Shown piece after piece: positions 11,386-21,586 of a DNA stretch of 64,000 bases. The stretch's first letter is position 1; the number at the start of each line of letters is the position of its first letter. A model generated the notes under the pieces. The model did not search any database, was not told the DNA's origin, and was given only the letters and a program-made list of their open reading frames with translations. Origin of the DNA: an uncultured delta proteobacterium (GTDB taxonomy: Bacteria; Myxococcota_A; Polyangia; Polyangiales; Polyangiaceae); assembly GCA_963696385.1 (NCBI GenBank), contig CAVOKF010000004.1, forward strand, positions 1,088,001 to 1,152,000. The letters run 5' to 3'. Position numbers and translations under genes: made by a program.

Positions 11386-11578
11386 GAGCCGTCTGATTCA
11401 GAGACGGGTGCGTCGCAAGTGCCTCGACCACATCCTGGTGCTTGACGACCGGCCCCATGGCCCTGCGAACCGGCACCGCATCGCCGTGAGCAGCGCCCGA
11501 TCTCGACGTCAAGCGGGAGCCGATGAACTGGAGCCAGAGTCCGCGATGAGTCTCGTGGCGAAAACGAACGGCTGACGG

Positions 11579-12688
11579 CTATGCCGCCGATTGCCTTGGT
11601 AGGTCGATGGTGAACACGCAACCTATGCCGGGCAAGTCGCGAACGCGAAGGTCTCCCTTCATCGCCTGGATGGCTTTTAGGCAAATGGACAGTCCGAGGC
11701 CAAGACCGCTGCGATCGGTTCCACGCTGCGCGAATGGTTTGAACAGCTCATCGACCTTCCCTGGCGGCAGGCCCCCACACTCGTCCGCAACCTCGATGAC
11801 AACGCGCTCCGCGGTCGAGCGGGTGGTAAGTGAGACGTGGCCCTTTTTCGGCGTGAACTTGAAGGCGTTGTGAAGCAGGTTGGCAACGGCCGCAGAGAGG
11901 ATCTGTCGATCTGCCTGGACGATGACACTCCGCTCGACCGAACGGACGGTGAAGTGAATCTCTCTTGATTGGGCCTGCATCGAGCCACTGATCTCGACCT
12001 CTTCGAGGAGGTCAGCCACCGCAATGGGCTCAGGGGTCGGGATGTCCGCGTCCAGGCGCACGTCCGCAAGTGAGCGGTCGATGAGCCGTTGAAGGCCCAT
12101 CAGGCTCCGAGCCAGCAGCATGCTCGTGGCGCCACCGGGAGCCACGATACCCTTCTTGATACTGTCAAATGAGAGCATTGCCGAATTGATCTGATTTCGA
12201 AGCTCGTGCGCGAGAACGCCGAGCCGCTCGACTCCTTCGTCGCGGATCGTTCGTTCGCGCTGGGTCGCGTCGTCTCGGATCGAGCGCTCGTGCTCCTGGG
12301 AATATTCTGTCACCGCGCCGGCAATCGCATCGTCAAGGCAAAGGTTCAGCGTACGAAACTCTTCCGTCGATACGGCGGCGTTCTGTTCCACCGCCAGTTC
12401 CGTGATCACCTGGCAGAGGTCACCGTAGTCGTGAACGACCTGCGCCACCGTAAAGCCGCGGTGCAAAAGCGTACTCCCATGCTGTCGGGCAGTCGTCGTG
12501 ATGGAATCGTGATTGACTTCTCGGCTCGACACCGCGAGACGCAGGGCGTCCACGAGTTGGTTCAAGAACACCGGGAGCCCCACGGTCAGCTCGACTTCGG
12601 TCGCTACGGGGGCGCTTCGCTGGGCCACGCGCTTCCGGGCTCGAGCCAGAGTCGCTTCGGAGTTGGCCAATAGAAACTCGTACAGCAT
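11579..12688 (-). CDS. Sensor histidine kinase with N-terminal RsbRD_N-like helical domain
   Basis: HGSTLLHRGFTVAQVVHDY; AHELRN; NLLHNAFKF; GLGLGL. Confidence 0.9.
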   Translation of the reverse strand: MLYEFLLANSEATLARARKRVAQRSAPVATEVELTVGLPVFLNQLVDALRLAVSSREVNHDSITTTARQHGSTLLHRGFTVAQVVHDYGDLCQVITELAVEQNAAVSTEEFRTLNLCLDDAIAGAVTEYSQEHERSIRDDATQRERTIRDEGVERLGVLAHELRNQINSAMLSFDSIKKGIVAPGGATSMLLARSLMGLQRLIDRSLADVRLDADIPTPEPIAVADLLEEVEISGSMQAQSREIHFTVRSVERSVIVQADRQILSAAVANLLHNAFKFTPKKGHVSLTTRSTAERVVIEVADECGGLPPGKVDELFKPFAQRGTDRSGLGLGLSICLKAIQAMKGDLRVRDLPGIGCVFTIDLPRQSAA

Positions 12689-12885
12689 CGCGCGACACTA
12701 CACCGTCCAGCGGGGTCCGAAGCACAGTTCGTGCCGCAGCTTTACTGGGCGGGACGTCCCGGTCCCCTCGTTGGGTGGCCACCGACTTTTGCAATCTGCC
12801 TTGAAACTTTGGCTGAATGCCTGGGTGGCTCGGCAATTCGCTCCGTCGCCTGTCAACAAGTCAAGCTTCAATTTTCACGCCGTGC

Positions 12886-12900
12886 AGGCACGAACGTTGC
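12886..12900 (+). promoter_or_regulatory. Putative sigma-54 (-24/-12) promoter of the kai operon
   Basis: AGGCACG-AACG-TTGC fits GGCACG-N4-TTGC, ~75 bp upstream of the kaiC ATG. Confidence 0.55.
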
Positions 12901-12975
12901 GTAGCCACCTGCCGCGTGGGAACTGGCGGCACGATGGGCGCCACGCACTGTGCACCGATTAGCCATGGCGCTTCG

Positions 12976-13351
12976 ATGACAAAGACCAAGCCCGCCGAGC
13001 AATCGCAGTCCAAGGCGTCGAACGAGCTCGGCAAGGCCCGAACGGGCATCGCAGACCTCGACGAATTGACTTCGGGAGGGCTGCCTCGCGGTCGTCCTAC
13101 GCTGGTCTGCGGCAGTGCTGGCGATCAGCGTTTGCAAGTCGCGAGGCACGGCGCACTCGAACCAGATCCGAGAGTTTGTCATCAGCGCTCGAGGCCTTAC
13201 GCTGGTCAGCGCGTATCGCGCCGCCGATGGCCTCGTCACCGGGTCCGCGCGGGAGGCGCAGCAGCGGCACGACCAGGCCAACGGCGGAGGGGTCCACCAC
13301 AACGGCGGCCGCCACCCCGAAACTCCGGCCGACGCCCAAGGGTCCCCATGA
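12976..13351 (+). pseudogene. kaiC: kaiC with large internal deletion
   Basis: N-terminus (TGIADLDELTSGGLPRGRPTLVCGSAG) joined out of frame to the C-terminus (KSRGTAHSNQIREFVIS...VTGSAREAQ). Confidence 0.9.
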
Positions 13352-13443
13352 GCGGTACGGCCAAGAAGATCATCGGCGATCTCTCGAACTTCGAACGTGT
13401 GCTGGTCGGTCTCGAGCTGACGGCCTACCCGGTGCAGCGATGA
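13348..13443 (+). pseudogene. kaiB: kaiB with internal deletion
   Basis: MSGTA joined to the KaiB C-terminus KKIIGDLSNFERVLVGLEL. Confidence 0.75.
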
Positions 13444-15518
13444 TTGCCTCGGCGCGCGCCCTTTCGGCCGAGACGGCCACGATCGACCCCGAGTATGTGC
13501 TGCGACTCTTCGTCTCTGGTTTCACGCCACGCTCGCAACGGGCCATCTGCAGCTTGAAGCACATCTGCGAGCGATACCTGACAGGCCGTTATCGGATCGA
13601 AGTCGTCGATCTGTACCAGTCGCCGGGCCTCGCGCGCGGCGAACAGATCCTCGCCACCCCGACGCTTCTGAGGCTTTTGCCCATGCCGCGGCGACGAATC
13701 ATCGGGGACCTCGCTCAAGTGGACAAGGTTCTGCACGCTCTCGACATCCCGGGGGAGAAGATGGCGAAAATCGTCGCAGCGCGCGCGGCGCCCGCTAGGG
13801 CGCCTAGGGCGCGCCGGTCGCTGCGCGCCCGACTGGACGAGGCCGAGCAGTCCCTCGCGGCGATCCGTGCCGGCGAAGTGGACGCCGTCGTGGTCGGAGG
13901 TCCTTCGGGCGATCGTATCTACACGCTCGAGGGGGCCGAGCACGGCTACCGAGTCTTGATGGAAGCGATGAGCGAGGGCGTCGCGACGGTCACCCAGCAG
14001 GGGATCGTCACGTATTGCAACGTGCGATTCGCAGCGATCCTCGGTGCCCGGTTGGAATTGACCATCGGAAACCCCATCGCCCGATTCCTTCCGGAAGGGG
14101 GCTGGGGTGAGCTTAAGGCACTCCTCGTCGCCGGAACCGAAGGCCGCGGCGAGAGCGAGCTCTGGCTGAAGGCGCCGTGCGCCAACGCGCCGGCCCTCGT
14201 GAGACTGGCGGTGGTGGCCATGAGGTTGGATGGGGCCCTCACGCACTGTCTAGTGATGACCGACTTGACTGAGCAGCGCCGGCAGGCCGTTGCGATCGCA
14301 GCGGAGCGGGCGCAAATGCAGGCACGCCTGCTGCTGGTCGACCGCATGTCGTCGCTCGGAACGCTGGCGGCCGGCGTGGCTCACGAGATCAACAACCCAC
14401 TCGCGTACGTTGTCACGAGCCTCGAGCTGATGAAGAGCCGCTTGCAGGACGCTACCGCGGCGACGCAAGGGGTGGGGAGCGAGCCGACCGAGTGGCTGCG
14501 GCGCCAGTTGGCCCGCGCGTCCGAGGGGGTGGAGCGCGTGCGCCTCATCGTGCGCGATCTGAAGGCATTCTCGCGACCCGACGAAGAGACGATGGGCGTC
14601 GTGGATCCGCGGCGAGCGCTGGATACATCGATCGCGCTGGCTTCGAACGAGATCAGTCACCGAGCGAGGCTCGTGAGAGACTACGACGCCCTCCCCAAGG
14701 TGTGGGCCAACGAGGCACACCTCGGGCAACTGTTTCTGCATCTGCTGCTCAATGCCGCCCAGGCGATTGCGCCGGGTGCTGCCGCCGACAACGAGATTCG
14801 TGTCTCCGGCCGCACCGATTGCGAGGGCCGCGCGGTCATCGAGGTCCGCGACACGGGCTCGGGGATCGATACCGCTCATCTGAACCTCGTCTTCGATCCG
14901 TTCTTCACCACCAAGCCCCAGCACGAAGGCACGGGGCTCGGGCTCTCGTTTTGCCACTCCATCGTCGCCTCGCTCGATGGACAGATCACCGTGAAAAGCG
15001 AGCGCGGCGAAGGAAGCGTCTTCCGCGTCCTTCTTCCCGGCATCGCGCTCGCGACCTCGACCGCCCCTTCGTTCACCGAGCCGACGCCGGCGGTCGTGCA
15101 GCCTCTTGCCAATCGCCGTGGCCAGATCCTCGTGATTGACGACGAGCCAGACATCTGCCTTGCGCTGGAGGAGGCTCTGCAGAGGTCTCATGACGTCGTC
15201 ACGACGACCGAGGCGGTTCGAGCGCTCGACTTGCTCGCCGCGGGCCAGCGCTTCCACCTTATCCTTTGTGACGTCCGGATGCCAAGGATGACGGGGCTCG
15301 ATTTCTACGCCCGGCTAACTGCCCTGGACCCCTCACAAGCCCGCCGGGTTGTTCTGATGAGCGGCGCTTTCTCGCGGCGCCCTGGCGATCCGGCTCTGGC
15401 GCTTCCGGCCCCCGTCCTCGAGAAGCCGTTCGGCGTGGACCGGGTCCTCTCGCTGCTTCACGAATCGATGCGGACCGAGCTGTCCGCGTCCCGCGCCCCA
15501 AAAGGGGACGTAGTTTAG
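13440..15518 (+). CDS. KaiB domain in frame with PAS-histidine kinase-receiver hybrid (kinase may also start at 13761)
   Basis: KaiB: LRLFVSGFTPRSQRAI...QILATPTL...IIGDL; then AIRAGEVDAVVV, PAS, AHEINNPL, FDPFFTTK, receiver IDDE/DVRMP. Confidence 0.9.
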   Translation: MIASARALSAETATIDPEYVLRLFVSGFTPRSQRAICSLKHICERYLTGRYRIEVVDLYQSPGLARGEQILATPTLLRLLPMPRRRIIGDLAQVDKVLHALDIPGEKMAKIVAARAAPARAPRARRSLRARLDEAEQSLAAIRAGEVDAVVVGGPSGDRIYTLEGAEHGYRVLMEAMSEGVATVTQQGIVTYCNVRFAAILGARLELTIGNPIARFLPEGGWGELKALLVAGTEGRGESELWLKAPCANAPALVRLAVVAMRLDGALTHCLVMTDLTEQRRQAVAIAAERAQMQARLLLVDRMSSLGTLAAGVAHEINNPLAYVVTSLELMKSRLQDATAATQGVGSEPTEWLRRQLARASEGVERVRLIVRDLKAFSRPDEETMGVVDPRRALDTSIALASNEISHRARLVRDYDALPKVWANEAHLGQLFLHLLLNAAQAIAPGAAADNEIRVSGRTDCEGRAVIEVRDTGSGIDTAHLNLVFDPFFTTKPQHEGTGLGLSFCHSIVASLDGQITVKSERGEGSVFRVLLPGIALATSTAPSFTEPTPAVVQPLANRRGQILVIDDEPDICLALEEALQRSHDVVTTTEAVRALDLLAAGQRFHLILCDVRMPRMTGLDFYARLTALDPSQARRVVLMSGAFSRRPGDPALALPAPVLEKPFGVDRVLSLLHESMRTELSASRAPKGDVV

Positions 15519-15672
15519 CCCCCGGTCCGCGAGGGGGGGGGTCTCCCGCTTGGGCGGCTATCGGCGGCGCCGCTGACCCTGCCGGCCGTCGACAGACTCG
15601 TTCATGGAACTTGCGTTACGTCACGCAGGCGCACGGCCAAATCGTGCACGTCGAGATCTCACGCACGGTGCA

Positions 15673-16203
15673 CTAGCCGGCGCGCAGTTGCCGGGCGTCC
15701 CGTACCGCGTGTACGGCGACAACAAGAGCCTCGGCCGGGACCGAGGTCTCACCCTGCTTGCTTGTGCTCTCGCCGACCCGGGCTGCTGCATCTTGAATGC
15801 AGGGAAAGGATTTGCGCGGATACGTAAGCTGCGCGGCGAGTGAAACGCTCGCAACGACCGCGCGGACCGCCGCGGCTCGGAAACCGGCGCCTTCGAAGGC
15901 CACGACGGAAAAGGCGAGCGGTAGCTTTCGAAGCCACGTTGCGCTCAGCGCGCGTGCCTCGCTGGACGGCAGCGGAGTGCTGTCGCCGACGACCATGAAC
16001 AGCCGCGCCGAGTGGCCCGTGGCGTCTTGCAGCGCGAGGAGTACGCGGCCCAGCCAATCGATGGCGTGCAGTCTCGTCTCGCCGCACCAAACCACGATGG
16101 CGACTCGGCGCCACGCCGCAACCACGTGGTCGATGTCGCTTTCCAGAATTCGGGGGGCCTCTTCGTCGGTCACGGGACCTCGAAAAGCGAAGGCTGCACG
16201 CAC
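15673..16203 (-). CDS. Hypothetical protein (myxobacterial STAS/SEC14-like)
   Basis: VAFEGAGFRAAAVRAVV pattern. Confidence 0.45.
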   Translation of the reverse strand: MRAAFAFRGPVTDEEAPRILESDIDHVVAAWRRVAIVVWCGETRLHAIDWLGRVLLALQDATGHSARLFMVVGDSTPLPSSEARALSATWLRKLPLAFSVVAFEGAGFRAAAVRAVVASVSLAAQLTYPRKSFPCIQDAAARVGESTSKQGETSVPAEALVVAVHAVRDARQLRAG

Positions 16204-16853
16204 AAGACAGCGAGGTCGCGCCTAAGAAGCCCGGGGCACACAGACCGCGTCCGTGCTCTGGCGCCTAGAAACGCCGTGATCGCGACGGGGAGCCCCGCGG
16301 ACGGATGCGATTCGCCTCCGGTCGAAACGTGGATGCCTCCCCACCAGAGCGCCTCCTTCATGTGTCGATCGTTGCGGTTCAGGCTTCGCGGCGTCGCGAG
16401 TTCATCAGGGACCGAGCCGCGCTGCCATCTGAAGCCCACGGCACGGGCTAGCGTGCGGACGGATGCCGTCCGCTGCAAGGGGAGATCTCCGAAAACACGC
16501 TGACGTTCAGAGGGCCACACGCGGGGAGATGTCGGGAGCCGAGCCGAAGCCTCGGTCCGGGTGTGCCAACGGTCCAAAACGACGGGTGTAGCGCGCCGGC
16601 ACGAATATCCGGCCACCGTTACGACGGCCTCGTCCGCAAGGCATGCCAGAGCGATTGCGGCGCACTCGACAGCCGCGCCTCGACGGCAGCGTTGTCGGCT
16701 GAATCTCGATTGGGAAGATGCAGTGAGGTGAGGAGAGGGCTTCTCGCTTGAATTTCGTCATCCGATGCGAGTCGCGCGCTCGAATGAGGACGTTGAGGAG
16801 GGTCTCGAACGTTACGATGACGTCCCCGCTTCGGCTGAAGCATGGCCTGCCTG

Positions 16854-17417
16854 TCATCGTGGCCGAATGGATGATCGCGGGAACGACCCTCGAGCCGTTC
16901 CTTCCTCGTGCGAGCACCCGTCGCTCTTGCCTTCCGCGTAATGTGTAGTCTCAGGCTGCATAGGCCTGCGACCAGAGTGCGCCAGACGATGCACGGTCGC
17001 GCGCGACACCCGAAAACCGGCCGCGGCGAGCAAGTCTTGCCCGGCGCTCAGCATGTCGTCGGCATCGACGGCTTCCTCGAATTGCTCGTCCGAAATCGAG
17101 TCCAGCGCCCCGCACGCATACGCTCGGGCCATGGCCATCGTCCGGTTGCCCGTGCCTTCACGCTTGAGCGTTCGCGCCGCGTTCAAGACGCGGACAATCG
17201 TTCGCTGTTTCGTGTCGCCGTCAGCCTTCACGGCGAGATAGGCGCGGTACATGCGGCCGACTCTCTCGACCTGATGAGCAGTCGCATCGCCCGCCTCGAG
17301 CGCCTCGACATAGCTGGCGACCACCTCTCGGAGCCAGCGGGCCTGCTGCAATACGATGCCATCCGCGAGGGCGGGCGAGCTCAGGGACGAGACGTTCAGC
17401 GAGGATTTGGTGGCCAT
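16854..17417 (-). CDS. Hypothetical protein
   Basis: Protein-like ORF from MATKSS, ending in HTH-like RVSRATVHR. Confidence 0.35.
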   Translation of the reverse strand: MATKSSLNVSSLSSPALADGIVLQQARWLREVVASYVEALEAGDATAHQVERVGRMYRAYLAVKADGDTKQRTIVRVLNAARTLKREGTGNRTMAMARAYACGALDSISDEQFEEAVDADDMLSAGQDLLAAAGFRVSRATVHRLAHSGRRPMQPETTHYAEGKSDGCSHEEGTARGSFPRSSIRPR

Positions 17418-17819
17418 CGGTGGATTCGTCCTGTGATGTCGAAAGCTTAAAGAGTAGCGGACGAAAGCCTCTCGTTCAGCCCCATTTGTCGACCATCGAA
17501 AGCGCCTGCACGGCATTTTTTCCCACTGGCTGTGCGTCTCGAATGGGTCCGAGTTGGCGATTCAATGCGCCGGATCGCGAAAGGCGCTTTGGGCAGATCC
17601 GGGCGCGACTCGCGCTCCGCATGCGAACGTCGTTCGGCTGTCCGTCGTCCAAGGTTGGGGCCTCCTGCTTCTCGCCTTAGCCGCCGTCCGATCGTGTCAG
17701 GTCACCTCGGATCAGGTACTGGCAGCCCGTTTCATCCGTGAACGTCTCCGTGATTCCGACGGTTCCCATCGACGTCGAGACCGTCACCGACGTGAACACC
17801 CAAGGAACGCAGGGCCTGC

Positions 17820-18020
17820 TGCTGGCGGGCAGCATTTGCGGCACGGCGATTACGCCGGGCATGGGCCGCCCTTCGCGCACCCGTTCGTGCGCCTTTCCGA
17901 TCAGCGTGGCGACGTCGTGAGTCAACAGGATCCGTCGCTCGGATGCCGCTCTCTCCAGCACAGCGTCATCGGTTGCCCCGCGCATTCCTAGGTCCTGCAC
18001 GCGTACAACATCCGCCGCCG
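17820..18020 (-). pseudogene. DUF5615 PIN-like toxin fragment
   Basis: RVQDLGMRGATDDAVLERAASERRILLTHD...MPGV. Confidence 0.75.
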
Positions 18021-18174
18021 GAAGGCGGCGCAGGACACCGTCGAAGGACAGGACCTCGTCTTCCCCGGCCCGTCGCTGGAAGTCCGCTACGGCACTATCG
18101 GATCCGGCCCACGTCAGCTGTGAACCGTTCGGCCTGCGGTGCGCTATCCCGTGCGGCCGTCATCCGCTGCCGAG

Positions 18175-21100
18175 TCATTTGAAGCCCTTTGCCACGATGC
18201 CGAACAGCGTCGAAATCCAAGACGAGAACTGCGGATACTGCGCAGCGAGAAGGCTGGCCATCGGGAAGAGGCCCCAGACGACGATTCGGCGCCCCAGCGC
18301 CCAGTCCCAGGTCACAACCCCGGCCTTCGTCCCCGCAATCGCGCTGATGACCGGATCGCGATCGAGCGCGATGTAGATGCCGAAGATCGCGAGTACCATC
18401 GCGGCGACCGAGACGAAAATGAGGCTCGCGATCAGTCGCTGCGGCTGCACGAAATAGACGGACGTCATGAGGACGCCGAGAACGCTGCCGACGATGAGAG
18501 GCGGAACGAACAGGCGGAAGTGCCGTACGTAGCGTGGAACGAACACCGCGACGAGCGTTGCGGCGAGCGCGTCGGCCAGGCGGCGCACCTCCTCCGAGAA
18601 CCCGTCTCTATCCGCCCAAGCCTGCGCCGATGCGTCGAGAAGGCGGCTTACGAGCTCGGCCCGGTCTGCTCTTCCCTCGAGGGCGTCCGGCGCGCAACGC
18701 GTCCCTGCCTCGCACCGTAGCTCCCTCCGCAGGACTTCGGCGCAAGCTTCGGCCTGGTCACGAAAGGAGCCGTGAGCCGCTGCGAGCGCGCCTAGAGCCT
18801 CCACCGGCCAGGCAAGGTCGACGACCTCGCTGCCCGACAGGCCTACCTGCGCCGTCAGCGACCGAGCCAACGCCGGCGGTAGGCCGGCCATCGCCGCTAG
18901 GACCGGCGAGTGAGCCAAGCGCTGAAGCAGCCGGCGGAGGACGGCCCAGGTCGCGAGGAGACGGGCGAAATTGCCGGTAATCGGAAGGATCGTCAGACAA
19001 GCGAACCCGACGACGAGCGTGTTGCGCCACCCTCGCTCGAAGGTCTGGGGCGGCTTGATGAGCAGGGCGATCAGGATGCACCCCGCCGTGAAGGCGTGCA
19101 CGGCGACGGGAACCAATGGAAACGAAGCCCATGGGTTGCGGATCACGCGGAGCAGGCGCTGCTCGACTTCGGCCAACCCCGTGCGATCGTCGCTGCCGAG
19201 CCGTTCGCCGAGGGCCAGCGCTATGGGAGGCGTCACGCCTCGGAAGAGCGCTCGCCTGGAGACGCCGAAGGCGTGCATATCCAGAAACCGCAGCCGAACG
19301 CGCCAACACCAGAGGCCAAGGCCGAGGATGGTCAGCCCGATGAGTCCAGCGACGACCGGAGAGCCACCGCTCATGAGATTCAACGTCGCCTCGCTCTGCG
19401 GGCCGCAGCCCAGGCCCAAGGCGATGATCGACGCCAGGGTGGCCGACCCCGCGAGCAGCGCGGCGCCCCAGGCCGACGGATCCTGCGGTCGCCATTGGGC
19501 GGCCACCGTCCAGGCGTTGATGCCTAAACTCAGCGCGACAAGGGCGATGCTGAGCACCGCGTTGCCCCAGCTCGGGCTGTCCCCCTCTCGTGCAAACCTT
19601 GCGGTGATCAATAGGATTGTCGGAGACGCGGCTACGGTCAAAAGTGCCGCGGTGACGACCGTATCGTCCGCCCGCAAGTCGGCATACTGGCACGGCTCGA
19701 CCATCGCCCAGAGCGGGCCTCGATGACGAAGAAATCCCACCCGCTCTTGTGCGCGGGCGAATCGACGTGCGACCACGTCTCCCAGCCACGGCGCCTCCAC
19801 GAGGAGGAAAATGACAAAGAACGCGGCGCCGAAAAACCCCGTTACAAACGACCAGCTCACTGGAGTGGTAGGGCATGGGCGTCGCGGACAGCTGGCTGGG
19901 TCGACCGGTTCCCCCCCGATCCGGTCGGCGTCGATCTGCCAGAACGCGCCGTTTCCGATGAGCGAGATCCGCACGGCCGGAGGCGGCGCCGGGTCCCCAA
20001 GAAGGGTTCGCGCCGCGTTGAAGACACTCCCGACCATCTCGTTCTTGAGCGACGTAGAGTGGTTATCGATGGCGGGGGGCACAGAATGGGCGACCAGCAT
20101 CCCGTTCAGGAATGGCGCATAATCCGGCGTCAGGTACCGGACATCGGTGCTTAGCGTGAAGAGCCGCACGTCAGGGAATTCGGAGCGAATACGCTGCGCG
20201 AGAAAGACGACATCGAGCGCGTCGGTCGCGAGGATACCGATGAATCGCACATGCCTGGCGCTGAGACCACGCAGCACTTCGGCGAGGGCGAGATCGTGAG
20301 CGACGCCGGCGTTCTTCGAAAGCGCCGTGTCGGACGTGCCCTGAGCGAGCGGAGCGCCGTCGGGAGGCGCTGCACCGCTCGTGTCGCCGGTGCTGTCGAC
20401 TGGGTCAGAGTTCGGGGTGCGAATCGGAGCCAAGCTCGGGGGAAACTTGAGCTCGAGGAACTTCGGCTCCCTCTCCGCGCCGGCGGACCCGTAGCTCGTG
20501 AGGCTTTCGGTGAGCAGCGCGATGTTGGGATCCCTGCCAGCTTCGCAGTGCCCGCCCCGCTGGCACAAAAAGAGACGCATCGCCGTCAAGAGGTCCGGGT
20601 CCTGAGGCGTGACTGGCGAGTACGACACGCGGCCCTCTCCGTCGGAGGCGCCCGCCGCGATCCCTTTGACGGTGCTCGCGACGTCCGGGCTGGTCGCCGT
20701 CCCCGAAGCCACCGCAAATCGCCTGGTTCGGGGGGTCGCGTGTTTGCGGATGGCCGCAGCCAGAGACGCCGCAGTACCGGAGAACGTCGGTCCCACGATG
20801 CGGTACTCGTCGCCTCCTTGCTTCGACGGCCACCAGGCCGCGAAATCGTCAACGAGGGTCAGCGCCCTCTCGAACTGCCTTTCTTGAAGCCCCCAGGTGG
20901 GCGTCTCACCCACGAGGAGCACGACAATGGCGTACGACGTTGCGGGATCGGTCTGCGGGCGATAGACCAAGACGCCCGGCTGCGTCCCCCAGCAACGACG
21001 CTGCCCGTGCGTCGTGGCGCGGCGTCCCGGCCACGGCAACCAGCCGCGGTCGCGAAGATACGACGAGCCACCGCTCGGGAAAGCGACGGCCTCCTGAACG

Positions 21101-21507
21101 CCCTCGACGACGGCATCGTAGTAGTCCGGGTATCCCGACTCGACCGGATCCGGCACGAGCGCGATCAAGTGCCTTAGCGGAGGCGCCTGCGCGTTGCCTT
21201 CGCCACGCCCCGACACCGGGGCCACGGACGGCGTTGAGTAAAGAGCTTGGTAGCGCAAGAGGGCTCGCGTTCCCGCAGCACACGGATCCTCCGCGGCCGG
21301 CGACTGCCCGTTCGTCTGGGTCTCGACGGCCGGTGCAGCGGCGCGCGTTTCGGCCGCTGGCGGTTGACCATCTACAGCCGCAGCCGCTGTGCGCGCCAAC
21401 AGTCGAGATCCCGCTGGCGCCTGCGCCACCGCCAAGAGGGCCCCGACCCAGGAAACGAGCGAACTGAACCCCCTCATCGTCTCTTCCTCGCAATCCGGAA
21501 ACGACAC
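18175..21507 (-). CDS. Large hypothetical membrane protein (extracytoplasmic N-terminal half, multi-TM C-terminal half)
   Basis: 1110-aa ORF; LIALVPDPV, VLLVGETPTWG, IVGPTFSG, GILATDALD motifs; many hydrophobic segments. Confidence 0.8.
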   Translation of the reverse strand: MSFPDCEEETMRGFSSLVSWVGALLAVAQAPAGSRLLARTAAAAVDGQPPAAETRAAAPAVETQTNGQSPAAEDPCAAGTRALLRYQALYSTPSVAPVSGRGEGNAQAPPLRHLIALVPDPVESGYPDYYDAVVEGVQEAVAFPSGGSSYLRDRGWLPWPGRRATTHGQRRCWGTQPGVLVYRPQTDPATSYAIVVLLVGETPTWGLQERQFERALTLVDDFAAWWPSKQGGDEYRIVGPTFSGTAASLAAAIRKHATPRTRRFAVASGTATSPDVASTVKGIAAGASDGEGRVSYSPVTPQDPDLLTAMRLFLCQRGGHCEAGRDPNIALLTESLTSYGSAGAEREPKFLELKFPPSLAPIRTPNSDPVDSTGDTSGAAPPDGAPLAQGTSDTALSKNAGVAHDLALAEVLRGLSARHVRFIGILATDALDVVFLAQRIRSEFPDVRLFTLSTDVRYLTPDYAPFLNGMLVAHSVPPAIDNHSTSLKNEMVGSVFNAARTLLGDPAPPPAVRISLIGNGAFWQIDADRIGGEPVDPASCPRRPCPTTPVSWSFVTGFFGAAFFVIFLLVEAPWLGDVVARRFARAQERVGFLRHRGPLWAMVEPCQYADLRADDTVVTAALLTVAASPTILLITARFAREGDSPSWGNAVLSIALVALSLGINAWTVAAQWRPQDPSAWGAALLAGSATLASIIALGLGCGPQSEATLNLMSGGSPVVAGLIGLTILGLGLWCWRVRLRFLDMHAFGVSRRALFRGVTPPIALALGERLGSDDRTGLAEVEQRLLRVIRNPWASFPLVPVAVHAFTAGCILIALLIKPPQTFERGWRNTLVVGFACLTILPITGNFARLLATWAVLRRLLQRLAHSPVLAAMAGLPPALARSLTAQVGLSGSEVVDLAWPVEALGALAAAHGSFRDQAEACAEVLRRELRCEAGTRCAPDALEGRADRAELVSRLLDASAQAWADRDGFSEEVRRLADALAATLVAVFVPRYVRHFRLFVPPLIVGSVLGVLMTSVYFVQPQRLIASLIFVSVAAMVLAIFGIYIALDRDPVISAIAGTKAGVVTWDWALGRRIVVWGLFPMASLLAAQYPQFSSWISTLFGIVAKGFK

Positions 21508-21586
21508 TCACAAGCAGTGACTCGAATCGTGATGGAAGCTCATGCTGGGGTCGTGAGCTCGGCCGCGGACAACCGCCACGCGCGTG

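Noticed and set aside
12976..15518. Functional circadian clock
   Set aside because: kaiC is deleted internally and there is no kaiA.
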